Below, in pieces: positions 32,957-43,976 of a DNA stretch of 64,000 bases. Every line of letters starts with the position of its first letter. The stretch's first letter is position 1. This DNA comes from Calditrichia bacterium (GTDB lineage: Bacteria; Calditrichota; Calditrichia; JAJRVZ01), in the NCBI GenBank assembly GCA_963796965.1, contig CAWCNS010000005.1, forward strand, positions 1,120,001-1,184,000. Direction: 5' to 3'. The notes beneath the pieces are model-generated. The model was given only the letters and a program-made list of their open reading frames with translations, was not told where the DNA came from and ran no database searches. Position numbers and translations under genes: made by a program.

Positions 32957-35900
32957 TTACGCCTGCAACAAAAAAGCCTCCAACATCGATTCAATCTGTT
33001 GATCCTTAAAGTGTCGGATATCTATGGCACCGGTTGGGCAGTAGGTCGCGCATGTGCCACATCCCTCACAAAGTGCCTCGTTTACTTCAGCAATCAGAAG
33101 ACCTGCATGATCTGATAATTTTAGAGCGCCATATTCGCAGACATCTATACAGGTTCCACAACCACGGCAGAGTTCTTTCTGGACATAAGATGTGATCGGC
33201 TCCATCCATATGGTAGACCGGGCTAATAAAGCATCAACTTTAGCAGCTACTGCATTTGCCTGAGATATCGAATCAGCAATATCCTTGGGACCCTGAGCAC
33301 AACCAGCAATAAAAACGCCCTGAATATTGGTTTCCACTGGTCCGAATTTTGGATGCTTTTCCATTAGAAATCCATCCATTCCCACAGGAATCTTTATATA
33401 TTTTAATATGTTATCTACCGATGCTCCTGCAGGTCTCATACCCACAGACAAGACAAGCAAGTCGACAGGAATTGCTATAACCGTATTTAATACAGGATCT
33501 TTAAAGTGAATTGATTCTACCTGCCCATCGCCTGTGAGTTGAGGCAAGTTGTCCGGCGTATATCTGACAAATGTCACTCCTGCTTCGCGCGCTGCCCGAT
33601 ACATGGTTTCTGCCTCATGATGATAGACACGAATATCACGGTGAAAAATCGTAACATGGATATCCATCTTACGCAAAGCAAGTGCTTGCTTTATAGCAGC
33701 CTGACAACAATATCTGGAACATTCCGGTAAACCCTCTTCCCCACGAGAACCAACACATTGGACGTAAGCGACATGTGAAATTGGCTTTCCTTCAAAATGT
33801 GGTTTGCTGGTAGATGGAAACCACTTTTCCATCTCCATATTCGTGATAACATTGGGATATTCTAAGAATCCGAATTCGCCTTCATCTGGATGATACAATT
33901 GAAATCCTGTAGCCAACACTATCGCTCCAACCTCGAGTGGGGGTGGGGCGATTTGTCCATTCACCGGTTTCAATCTGACCTTGAAATTACCAACATAGCC
34001 GCTAATATGATCGATACTACTTTCTGTGAATATTTTAACATCACGTTCGTAGACTTCTTTAATTTTCTTTTTTATTAACTTCTCTCCCGAATCACCACTC
34101 GGGTAGAGCGAGTGAAGTTGTGTGGTTACCCCACCCAGGTGTTCGTTTTTTTCAACGAGAAAAACGCCATATTCACGCCCCGCTAACTGGACCGCAGTCT
34201 CAATACCTGCAATTCCACCTCCTATTACTAATACATTATGTCCTATCTCCATCTCTTTTGGTTCGAGGGGTTCCAATTTTTTTACACGGGCCACAGCCAT
34301 ACGGATCAGATCCTTCGCTTTTTCAAACGCAGCCCCGGGATCCTGTTGATGCACCCAGGAGCAGTGATCACGAATATTCGCCATTTCAAGGAGATAGGGA
34401 TTAAGACCAATCTTTCGTAACGATTCACGGAAAATAGGCTCATGGGTGCGGGGTGTGCAGGCAGCGATCACGACCCTGTTAAGTTTATGCTCAATAATTC
34501 TTTCCTGGATATTTCGTTGGGTACTCTCTGAGCAGGCAAACAATAAATTATCGGCAAAGACAACCTCAGGTAATATTGCTGCATATTCTTTCAAATCGGC
34601 GACATCAAGAACACCGGCAATATTTGATCCACAATGACAGACAAAAACACCAATTCGTGGTGATCCGGAGTAGTCATAATCCGGCATTTCCTCTTTTATA
34701 TCCGGAAGTTTGTAGGGCGAAAGAAACTGTGCTGCCCGCATTGCAGCACCTGAGGCTTCGGCAATTGAATCTGTAATATCCTTAGGGCCGGTAGAACATC
34801 CACAAAGAAAGATACCCTCGCGTGTAGAACTGATCGGTTCACCACAAGTATCAGCAGGAGAAAAGAAACCACGATTATCTGTATTGATTCCCAATATACT
34901 CGCTAAGTTATGAGAGCCCGATGCCGGGACTAATGCTTCGGATAGAACTACCATCTCAGATCTGATATGCTCGGTCTTCCCATTTTCAACATTCTCAACA
35001 AGTATAATTAAATCTCCTGTATTTTCATCCTCTTCAATTTTCGATGGTTTTCCTTTAATAAAATTCACCCCCGCTTCATGCAAAGTCCGGTAATAAAATT
35101 GCTCAAATCCTTTCCCAAAAGCACGTATGTCAATATAAAAGATATTGATTTCCGCTGTTGGGTTTGATTCTCTGACAAGTAAAGCACTTTTCATGGCATT
35201 CATGCAACAGATCCTGCTGCAGTAAGGGATATCCTGATGGATACAGCGTGATCCAACACATTGGATAAATGAAATATGATGAGGCTCTTTTTTGTCAGTA
35301 AATCGGAGAAGTTTACCGGCAGATGGACCACCGGGGCTGAGTAACCTTTCCAGTTCAATGCTATTAACCACATTCTGAAATCGCGTATATCCATATTCAC
35401 TCGCTTCGCGGGGATCGAAATAATCTATACCAGTGGCACATACAACCGCGCCGACTTCGATTTCAAATATTTTGTCTCCCATATCCAGATCAATACAGTT
35501 TTTTTGACACACCTCCATACATTTTCCACAAGCAATGGGATTTGTTCCTAGACAATCCTGGGATGATCTTATATAACCAGCTGGAACAGCCTGGGCAAAG
35601 GGAGAATAAATGGCCCGCCTCAGGGCTAGACCTTCATCAAATTCATTAGGGTACTAAAACCGGACAAACATTGCTGCACTCCCCACAGGCAGTGCATTCA
35701 TTCTCATCCACAAATCGGGCGTTCTGCCTGATTTTAGCCTTGAATTTACCTGGTTTTCCCTTAACCGCCAGCACTTCGCTATGGGTGAGTAATTCAATAT
35801 TGGGATGTCGACCGACATCCATCATCTTAGGACCCAAAATTCATATAGCGCAGTCCATACTGGGAAAGGTTTTATCCAATTTAGCCATGGTACCGCCAAT

Positions 35901-36026
35901 GCTGGGTTGTCGCTCAACCAGGTATACCTGAAACTGAGCGTCTGCCAGATCCAAGGCCGCCTGGATACCGGCGATACCCCCCCCAATAATGAGGGCACCT
36001 TTTGGCCTCTCCATTACTTCCTTCAT
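32957..36026 (-). CDS. hdrA: Large HdrA-family protein (two FAD modules) with Sec codon (UGA 35841-35843); frameshifts near 35650-35520
   Basis: [64 protein letters not shown], a second GGGIAG, C-terminal ferredoxin. Confidence 0.88.
35803..35820 (-). promoter_or_regulatory. Putative bacterial SECIS hairpin
   Basis: GGATGTC-GGTC-GACATCC begins 20 nt after the UGA at 35841-35843. Confidence 0.75.
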
Positions 36027-36049
36027 AAAGAATCCCATCTTTAATTAAA

Positions 36050-36195
36050 AGATACCGGATGCTCGATACTCAATGCAGGATAACAAAACCTATAGTTATA
36101 AAATCCTAAGTTCTAATATCTAAATTCTAAATAAATCCAAATTCCCAATTCCTAATTTCCAAATCTCACATCGCATATCTCAATTCGCCCATCGC
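36050..36195 (+). repeat. 7-nt-period tracts (GATACT/GATGCT and AAATTCT/AATTCC)
   Basis: agataccggatgctcgatactcaatgc; aaatcctaagttctaatatctaaattctaaataaatccaaattcccaattcctaatttccaa, similar to 11262-11322. Confidence 0.6.
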
Positions 36196-36196
36196 T

Positions 36197-36769
36197 TCAT
36201 TCTACCACCGCTTTAGAGGTTTTCTCAACCAGTTGCTTCCCATATTCGTAGCCCGTTTCGAAAGCCTTTAGATTTATTTCCTCCGTACCCGGGGGCACAG
36301 ATGATTCAACGGCTTCTCGTGAGGCTTCGTGAGAGGTAATACCTGTCGTGGCTGCAAAAAATCCAACAGTAATAATATTCATTACGATTTTTCGACCCAT
36401 TTCTTCAGCCAGACGTGTTGCCGGAATAGCAAACAGCTTCACTCCTTTTGGGACCTTGTCAGGCTGAACCAGATCTTTTTCAACCAGCATCGTTCCACCA
36501 GGTTTAAGTTCACCTCCAAATCGCTCAAAAGCATCCCGTGAAAGAATAATTGAAATATTAGGTTGTACCAGATAAGGATAGAGAATTTGCGATTCAGAAA
36601 TCAATAATTGTGCAGAGCAGGAACTTCCTCTGGCTTCCGGTCCAAAACTTTGAATTAATGTTGAAAATTTATTGTCAAAAATTGCTGCCGCTTTACCAAT
36701 GATATAGCCGGCCAGAATAATACCCTGTCCGCCAAATCCAGCGATCCGAATTTCAATATTATTCTTCAT
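36197..36769 (-). CDS. korC: 2-oxoacid:ferredoxin oxidoreductase gamma subunit
   Basis: EIRIAGFGGQGIILAG, QSFGPEARGSSCSA. Confidence 0.9.
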   Translation of the reverse strand: MKNNIEIRIAGFGGQGIILAGYIIGKAAAIFDNKFSTLIQSFGPEARGSSCSAQLLISESQILYPYLVQPNISIILSRDAFERFGGELKPGGTMLVEKDLVQPDKVPKGVKLFAIPATRLAEEMGRKIVMNIITVGFFAATTGITSHEASREAVESSVPPGTEEINLKAFETGYEYGKQLVEKTSKAVVE

Positions 36770-37688
36770 CTTCCACTCCATACGGTTTAAATTTATCTCC
36801 TAATTTTGCTTTTAAATATTCATTATAATCTGTCCAGGTAATCTGGTTTTATCAATATCAACAAATTTGCCAACCTTTATTTTACTCTGAAATTGAATAT
36901 CCACATCCTTGGGATCTGCCCCATTGACTGATCACTGAATTATCATGATAAAATTTCATCAGATCTAATCCACAGCCCAGTTTGTTTTTCCTGGCATAAA
37001 GTGTTGTACAGGGACAAATAACCTCAACAAAAGAAAATCCCTTTTTCTCAATGCTTCAGTCATTGAATTGGTCAGTCGGCGTACATGAAGGGCTGTCCAG
37101 CGGGCAACATATACTGCACCACAGGATGCAACCAGTGCAGGAAGATTAAATGGATTTTCATAACTTCCATATGGTGCAGTTGTGGCAATAGCGGTAGGTG
37201 GTGTTGTTGGCGCTACTTGCCCACCGGTCATGGCATAAATAAAATTATTTACACATATAATCGTAATATCAATATTTCGTCGGGCGGTATGAATAAGATG
37301 ATTACCACCAATCGAACTGAAAATCTCCATCTCCACTTATAACAACGACTTTTAGATTGGATTGGCCAATTTTAAACCAACTGCAAAGGGAATTGCCCGG
37401 CCATGGGTCGTATGAAAAGAATCCTGTTTAATATATCCGGCAACACGTCCACTGCATCCAATTCCGGACACAACACAAACATCATCACGATCAAATTCTG
37501 TCTTTTTTAACGCTTCAACAAAACAGGTAACACTGTTCCAATTCCACAGGTTGAACACCAGATATGCGGAATCCGATCCATCCGCAGCCAGGATTCCAGA
37601 GGATGTTCCATTGACATCACTCGTTCTTTTTCTCTTTTTTGATTGGTTTATTCACTTTCTTCGGTTTTTCTATCGTGTCTACTTTCAT
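36759..37688 (-). CDS. korB: 2-oxoacid:ferredoxin oxidoreductase beta subunit (frameshifted)
   Basis: PHIWCSTCGIG, VSGIGCSGR, HTTHGRA, IGGNHLIH, NNFIYAMTGGQVAPTTP. Confidence 0.85.
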
Positions 37689-38847
37689 TTATATGCCTCC
37701 TGAATGGCCTTAAATATGTCTTCCGGTTGATGTACAGTTCCCCCACCATGTGGGACAAGTATAGTTTTACATTGACCGGCAGCACATCGTTCAACTTCTA
37801 ACACAATTTGTCCATAATTCATTTCCGGTACGACAAAAGCCTTTACTTTTCTTGCCAATTCTCGTGATTCTTTTTTCCGGAAATGGCCAGATAGTTAATA
37901 AGCCGCAGACGACCCAAATTTTTCAATCCACTTTCCTCTGCCATTTGAATCGCCCGCAAAGCAACCCGGGAGGTAATTCCATAGGAAATGACAATTACTT
38001 CAGCCTTTTCTATATTTTCCTCTTCAATGATGATGATATCATCAGCATTCTTTTTGATTTTATCCATCAGTCGTCGGACACATTTTTCCTGTGTCTTCCA
38101 GTCCATGACAGGATATCCTTTTTCATCATGTGTTAATCCGGTTACATGAAACTGATACCCGTCACCGGCTTTAACCATATCCGGCACCAGATTGTCACCA
38201 TATTCAAAAGGCAAATAGTCGTCAGGTTTTTTATTGGTACATTTACGTTCATCAATTAAGATTTTATCAGCGGAAGGAATGACAACTTTTTCCGTCATAT
38301 GTCCGACACATTCATCCATCATAAAAAAAACAGGTACCCGGTATTTTTCGGATAGATTGAAAGCAGTAATCACTAAATCAAAACATTCCTGTGGTGAATT
38401 GGGACAGAGTGCAATAATTTCATAATCCCCATGAGATCCCCATCGGGCTTGCATCATATCCGCTTGACCAGGTAAGGTTGGTAATCCGGTCGAAGGACCT
38501 CCTCTCTGAACATTAACAACCACACATGGTGTTTCCAGCATGACACCAAAGCCAATATTTTCCATCATTAAAGAAAAACCCGGTCCGGAGGTAACCGTCA
38601 TGGATTTTACACCAGCCCAGGCAGCACCTAGAATTGCCGCCATGGAGGCAATTTCATCTTCCATCTGTATAAAAAAACCACCAACAAGCGGAAATCTTTC
38701 AGAGACTCTTTCAGCCACTTCCGTTGAAGGTGTGATCGGATACCCGGCAAAAAACCGGCAACCCGCGGCAATAGCACCTTCAGCACAGGCTTTATCTCCA
38801 TCCAGATAATGATCACCGGTTAAAACACCATTAGGCTCAGCTTTCAT
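37685..38847 (-). CDS. korA: 2-oxoacid:ferredoxin oxidoreductase alpha subunit (frameshift near 37880)
   Basis: FAGYPITPSTE, QMEDEIAS, TSGPGFSLMME, RGGPSTGLPT, and C-terminal VPEMNYGQ. Confidence 0.88.
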
Positions 38848-39117
38848 AACGTTGCTCCTTTTCGTCTTTAAAACAACATAAATCGCAAATTCAGGGCATA
38901 ACATTTCACATAATTGACAGTGAACACAGTTTTCCGGTTCCATAACAATAGGAGGATGGTACCCTTTCTCATTAAATTCAGAAGAAAGTTCGAGAATATC
39001 CTTAGGGCAGTACTCAACACAGAAACTGCATCCTTTACATCTTTCATTAATAATGTGCACCTCACCGGACGGTATCCGGACGCGGTTTACATCCAAGGGT
39101 GTTCGCCAATATTTCAT
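38844..39117 (-). CDS. korD: 2-oxoacid:ferredoxin oxidoreductase delta subunit (2x[4Fe-4S] ferredoxin)
   Basis: CKGCSFCVEYCP and CVHCQLCEMLCPEFAI. Reads in frame into korA in this sequence, but korA has its own RBS (AAGGAG). Confidence 0.8.
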
Positions 39118-39743
39118 GGATCCCCCAATGGTTTGTAAAGATATGTGTGACTTATCCACCTGCGTAAAGATTGGATCAAATGAATTGTTCGAAAATTGGA
39201 AATTTAAAAATTAACAAATCCAAGTACCGGGTTAGTACTGAAGTGTGATAGATTTAGAAGGAAGAGGCGTATGAGAAGTAAGGGATCTTTTCAGGTTGAT
39301 CATCGTGATCAATGATTTCAATTGAACCAAAGTCCAATGGTTCATTACCAGTCCCAATAGGAGTATGTGTCTCAGACAAACCGTTAACCCATAACGAGTT
39401 AGATCAGATTCCAGACGCGTATACGGCTTTAATATAGGACAAATTGCCATAATTGTCAATCAGTTTGTAAAGGGTAAAAATAATCATGGTATAAGATTCT
39501 GCTGAAAATTGAATATTGAATATTTTTATGGATTTCAGCAAGCACAGAATGTATATTAGTTCAAATCTGACATATTTTTTAACTCAAATTCCTGCTCTTA
39601 CGATTTCTACCTTGCTCTGCGACCCTAGATCCGGACTAATACTCAAACGTTATTCCACTACCTTTATCTCTGAATGAGAACCTGAACCTGTTTTTATTAT
39701 CTTATTTACAGGTATACCAAATTCAAATAAATCAGGAGCTTTT

Positions 39744-40331
39744 ATGGAAAACTATCCAAAAGAAGTTACCTTAAAAAATGATAGCCCTGCCATTCTACGT
39801 CTGCTAAAAGAAGATGATATCGAGGAATTGATCACGTTTTTTTGTGCCCTTCCTCTTGAAGACCGCATGTATTTGAGGGCAGACGTCACGATACGTGAGA
39901 ATATACTCAGAAGGTTTGGCAAGTTGAACTACGATTTAATCTATCCGATTATTGCCTTGGATGAAGACAGAATTGTAGCGATAGCCACCCTATACAGGGC
40001 CGAATTTGGCTGGATGAGAAATTTAGGAGAGATAAGAGTTGTGGTATCGCCTGAATTCCAGAGGAAAGGCCTATGTACGCTGCTAACCAGAGAAATTTTC
40101 TTTCATGGTCTGACAACAGATTTGTATAAAATTCAAGCGGAAATGACGGAGGATCAGGTAGCTGCGGTAAATGCATTTGAACGCCTCGGATTTAAAAAGG
40201 AGACGGTTTTACGAAAACATGTGACTGATATTAATGGAAACCGCAGTAATCTGATTATTATGAGCCTTGATATCCAGGATATGTGGTATTTAATGGAAGA
40301 TTTTATAAAAGGCCAGTTTTATGTGACTTAA
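39744..40331 (+). CDS. GNAT-family N-acetyltransferase
   Basis: VVSPEFQRKGLC acetyl-CoA motif, AFERLGFKKE; RBS AGGAG. Confidence 0.88.
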   Translation: MENYPKEVTLKNDSPAILRLLKEDDIEELITFFCALPLEDRMYLRADVTIRENILRRFGKLNYDLIYPIIALDEDRIVAIATLYRAEFGWMRNLGEIRVVVSPEFQRKGLCTLLTREIFFHGLTTDLYKIQAEMTEDQVAAVNAFERLGFKKETVLRKHVTDINGNRSNLIIMSLDIQDMWYLMEDFIKGQFYVT

Positions 40332-40380
40332 GGTATACTGATTGTTCACAAAATAAATTAGCCTGGTTTGTTCATAAATT

Positions 40381-40521
40381 TCTCACGCAAAGCCGCTAAG
40401 TCGCAAAGGTATAACTACTTATATGTTCTAAATATGAGAGAATTTTATTTAAATAAAGTCCAAAGAATTTAACATAACTCAAATATAAATAAACCTTTGC
40501 GTCTCTGCGTCTTTGCGAGAG
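40381..40521. repeat. Empty CGCAAAG inverted pair (MITE/REPIN-like)
   Basis: TCTCACGCAAAGCCGCTAAGTCGCAAAG, an 86-bp AT-rich spacer, then CTTTGCGTCTCTGCGTCTTTGCGAGAG. Confidence 0.7.
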
Positions 40522-40703
40522 TTGAAGTTTCCAGGTTAACTGTATTATTCATGAATAATTTGGATGTATTATTTTAGCTCATGATGACGAAATTTCTAAA
40601 CAAGAAGGAGTAATAAAGTGTCAGAGTAAAGATAAATAAAATTTCAATATCCAATACTCATTACTCCCTTAATAGAGCCATACATACTCAAAGGATTCAT
40701 TTC

Positions 40704-41475
40704 ATGTATGAAGAAATCCGCAAACCAAGAATGCTACAAGATGTGCCAATATCGATCATCAGACCTCTTCCGGTTCTTTATTATACCAATAAATTTGTTA
40801 CCGGCCGTATCAGACGTAGAGTTCGGGAACTATATCAGTCAAATCTAATCTACCTGGGTGATGCGCTGAATGAGATTTCATATATTATTAATAATAATGA
40901 ATTTAGGGATTTATCACTATCTGTCCGCTCACTCAGCAAGACGATTTCAGCTGAAAAATTTCAATAATATTCAATTAATTAGTATTGAATTGTCCCGCTT
41001 ATGCACCCAAGTTAAATCTGAGTTAAGGAAAAACAGTCTAGAAATAAAAACACAAACAATGAGTCTTTATACCATGCAGGTTGATCCCTTAAGAGTATTG
41101 CTGATTTCAATGGACCAAAATACGGACACTATTCAAAAGGTAATGGGGATATTAAAAGGCTTTTGTCAATACAGCACAGACTGTTCTGGTTATAACAGTT
41201 CCGATCTGAGTCATAAAATAGTAAATGCAGAATACATTCTCTTTTCCTCAACATCTTCACCTGATATTCACCAGCAGGTAAAAAAATTAAAAACATATCA
41301 AATTCCTGGTCTTGCTCTGGTCCCGATCGATAAAAAAGGATTAAATCTTGAAAAAGCCATACGACATGGCTCACAATTATTAAAAATCGGATTCCCGGTT
41401 CTTTTCAGGGTATTTACACCACTTCGCCTGTTTACTACGATTGAGAAAACCTACCTGGCCTACCATTTATCATAA
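40704..41475 (+). CDS. Hypothetical protein, possible C-terminal degenerate receiver domain (frameshift near 40950)
   Basis: Overlapping ORFs 40704..40967 and 40870..41475 are joined by an A-run indel; REC-like alternating beta/alpha pattern. Confidence 0.55.
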
Positions 41476-41781
41476 GTCCCCCCCCACTACTATCCTCTGC
41501 TTGGATTATAAAATTAAACTTTATATAATTCACTTCGTTAAATAATTGCCCGAACAATGATAGATAAAATCATTTTATAGAGACAAGAGAATTAAGAAGT
41601 GATCTTCTTAATCTTGGATGATAGTGAGGAAATTCAAGGTGCTCCCTAACCCAGGTGTCAGAAAAACTGCAAAACTTGTTTTGCATAGAAAATATGCATT
41701 GATTAAATTGATAGGAATTAACAAATACAATTATGATACTTACTAAATCATGATTTTGTCTTGCTTGAATCAGGGGGATAA

Positions 41782-42003
41782 ATGAACCAAAAAGCTCGTG
41801 TGATTATCAATGAGATCTGGTGTAAAGGCTGCGAAATATGTGTCGACATCTGTCCCCGCAAAGTGCTAGTGATGCAGGATTTTGTTGCCAAGGTAGATGA
41901 CATCGATCAGTGTACGGGATGTATGATGTGCGAACTACTCTGTCCCGATTTTGCTATTGTCGTCCACCCTCCCGAGAAGAAAAAAAAATCCATTAAGGAA
42001 TAA
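41782..42003 (+). CDS. korD: 2-oxoacid:ferredoxin oxidoreductase delta subunit (ferredoxin)
   Basis: CKGCEICVDICP and CTGCMMCELLCPDFAI. Confidence 0.88.
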   Translation: MNQKARVIINEIWCKGCEICVDICPRKVLVMQDFVAKVDDIDQCTGCMMCELLCPDFAIVVHPPEKKKKSIKE

Positions 42004-42016
42004 GGAGCCAACTCAT

Positions 42017-43150
42017 TTGAATTCTCGAACTGTAATGATGCAGGGAAATATTGCTGTAGCCGAAGGGGCTATAGATGCAGGATGCCGTTTTTATGCTGGA
42101 TATCCGATCACACCATCTTCAGAAGTAGCCGAGCACCTGAGTAAGAGATTACCAGAACTCGGTGGAAGATTTATTCAGATGGAAGATGAAATTGCAGCCA
42201 TGGGCGCCGTAATAGGAGCTTCTCTCGCGGGTGCTAAATCCTTAACGGCCACAAGTGGTCCTGGATTTTCACTTAAACAAGAGAATATTGGATATGCGGC
42301 CATCACAGAAGTACCTGTTGTTATTGTAAATGTAATGCGGGGTGGTCCGAGCACAGGTTTACCGACACTTCCTGCCCAGGGCGATGTGATGCAGGCGCGC
42401 TGGGGAACCCATGGGGATCATCCTATTATAGTGCTTGTGCCAGCAAGTGTGAGGGAAAGTTATGACATGACGATTCAGGCATTTAACATGTCTGAAAAAT
42501 ACCGTATACCAGTCATTGTATTACTAGATGAAATTATCGGTCATGTTCATGAGAAGGTAACACTTCCGGACCCACTCGAGTTAGAAATTATAAATCGTAA
42601 AAAACCCGATATGCCTCCTGAAGAGTATTTGCCTTATATCAATGATGAATCGATGATACCCCCCATGGCGAGTTTTGGAGATGGATATCGCTATCATGTG
42701 ACGGGTCTTGTTCATGATGAGACAGGATTTCCAACCAACGATACAAATAAAATTGAGGCGATGCTGACCCGACTCAATAGTAAAATAGATAAGTACCTGG
42801 ATGAAATTATTCAGTATGAAGAAACCGATACAGATGACGCAAAAATCGGTATTGTTACCTATGGCTCAAGTGCCAGATCTTCACGTCATGCCCAGCGTAT
42901 TGCCCGTGAGCAAGGTATTCCGGTGGGTATGCTTCGCATCCAGACACTTTGGCCTTTTCCGACAGAAGCCATATTTCAATTGAGTAAAAATGTCTCCCAC
43001 ATTATTGTACCAGAACTCAACCTGGGACAAATTGCCCATGAGGTTGAACATGCTGTACAAGGGAATACCGAAGTCCTGCGGGTAAATAAAATTACCGGCG
43101 AACCGATCAACCCTGAGGAAATTGTACAAAAAATCAAGGAGTGTATCTAA
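42017..43150 (+). CDS. korA: 2-oxoacid:ferredoxin oxidoreductase alpha subunit
   Basis: RBS TAAGGAG with TTG 42017; YAGYPITPSSE, TSGPGFSLKQE, RGGPSTGLPT. Confidence 0.92.
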   Translation: MNSRTVMMQGNIAVAEGAIDAGCRFYAGYPITPSSEVAEHLSKRLPELGGRFIQMEDEIAAMGAVIGASLAGAKSLTATSGPGFSLKQENIGYAAITEVPVVIVNVMRGGPSTGLPTLPAQGDVMQARWGTHGDHPIIVLVPASVRESYDMTIQAFNMSEKYRIPVIVLLDEIIGHVHEKVTLPDPLELEIINRKKPDMPPEEYLPYINDESMIPPMASFGDGYRYHVTGLVHDETGFPTNDTNKIEAMLTRLNSKIDKYLDEIIQYEETDTDDAKIGIVTYGSSARSSRHAQRIAREQGIPVGMLRIQTLWPFPTEAIFQLSKNVSHIIVPELNLGQIAHEVEHAVQGNTEVLRVNKITGEPINPEEIVQKIKECI

Positions 43151-43153
43151 CTT

Positions 43154-43963
43154 ATGGATTATATATCCTATTTGAGAAAAGATAAATTGCCCCATATCTG
43201 GTGTGAAGGTTGTGGTGATGGTATCGCCTTAAAGGCCATATTAAGGGCAATTCAAAATATTGGACTGGAGAAAGACAACATCGCCATGGTATCCGGCATC
43301 GGATGTTCAAGCCGGACACCCGGATATGTGGATTTCAATACCTTACATACAACACATGGAAGGGCGATTACATTTGCATCTGGTATAAAGTTAGCCAAAC
43401 CAGAATTAACTGTAATCGTGGTCACCGGTGACGGAGACGCAACGGCCATTGGTGGTAACCACCTTATTCATGCCGCACGCAGAAATATAAATCTAACCGT
43501 TCTGCTGTATAACAATCATATATATGGTATGACCGGAGGACAGGTATCGCCAACGACACCTATGGGAGATTTCGCAACAACAGCACCATACGGGGGAATG
43601 GAAAACAATTTTGACATTGCTGGTCTTACAATAGCAGCAGGTGCCTCCTATGTGGCAAGGTCAACGGTCTATCATGCAAAAGCCTTGGAAAGAATGATTG
43701 AAGGGGCAATCAGAAAAAAGGGATTTTCACTCGTCGAAATCATGGCTCCCTGTCCGACTGCCTATGGTAAAATTAATAAAAAAGGTCTGCCAAAGGATCT
43801 GGTTCTTGATCAAAAATCACAAGCCGTTAATATAGAAAAGTCAAAATCAATGTCTCCTGAAGATCTCAGGGGAAGAATAGTAACCGGTGTGCTTGCCGAC
43901 AGAGAAATTCCGGAATATATCAGCACATACGATAAAATTATGTCATCAGCTCAAAGAAGATAA
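43154..43963 (+). CDS. korB: 2-oxoacid:ferredoxin oxidoreductase beta subunit
   Basis: WCEGCG, SGIGCSSR, HTTHGRA, GDGD TPP-binding motif, YGMTGGQ. Confidence 0.93.
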   Translation: MDYISYLRKDKLPHIWCEGCGDGIALKAILRAIQNIGLEKDNIAMVSGIGCSSRTPGYVDFNTLHTTHGRAITFASGIKLAKPELTVIVVTGDGDATAIGGNHLIHAARRNINLTVLLYNNHIYGMTGGQVSPTTPMGDFATTAPYGGMENNFDIAGLTIAAGASYVARSTVYHAKALERMIEGAIRKKGFSLVEIMAPCPTAYGKINKKGLPKDLVLDQKSQAVNIEKSKSMSPEDLRGRIVTGVLADREIPEYISTYDKIMSSAQRR

Positions 43964-43976
43964 AAGGAATAAATTA

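Noticed and set aside
38844..39159. KorD-KorA fusion shown in the ORF track
   Set aside because: korA has its own AAGGAG RBS and ATG, the paralogous operon has separate genes, and A-runs at the junction suggest an indel. A true fusion is not supported.
39232..39459. 75-aa ORF upstream of korD
   Set aside because: Non-ATG start, no recognisable RBS or motif; kept only as part of the unexplained leader region.
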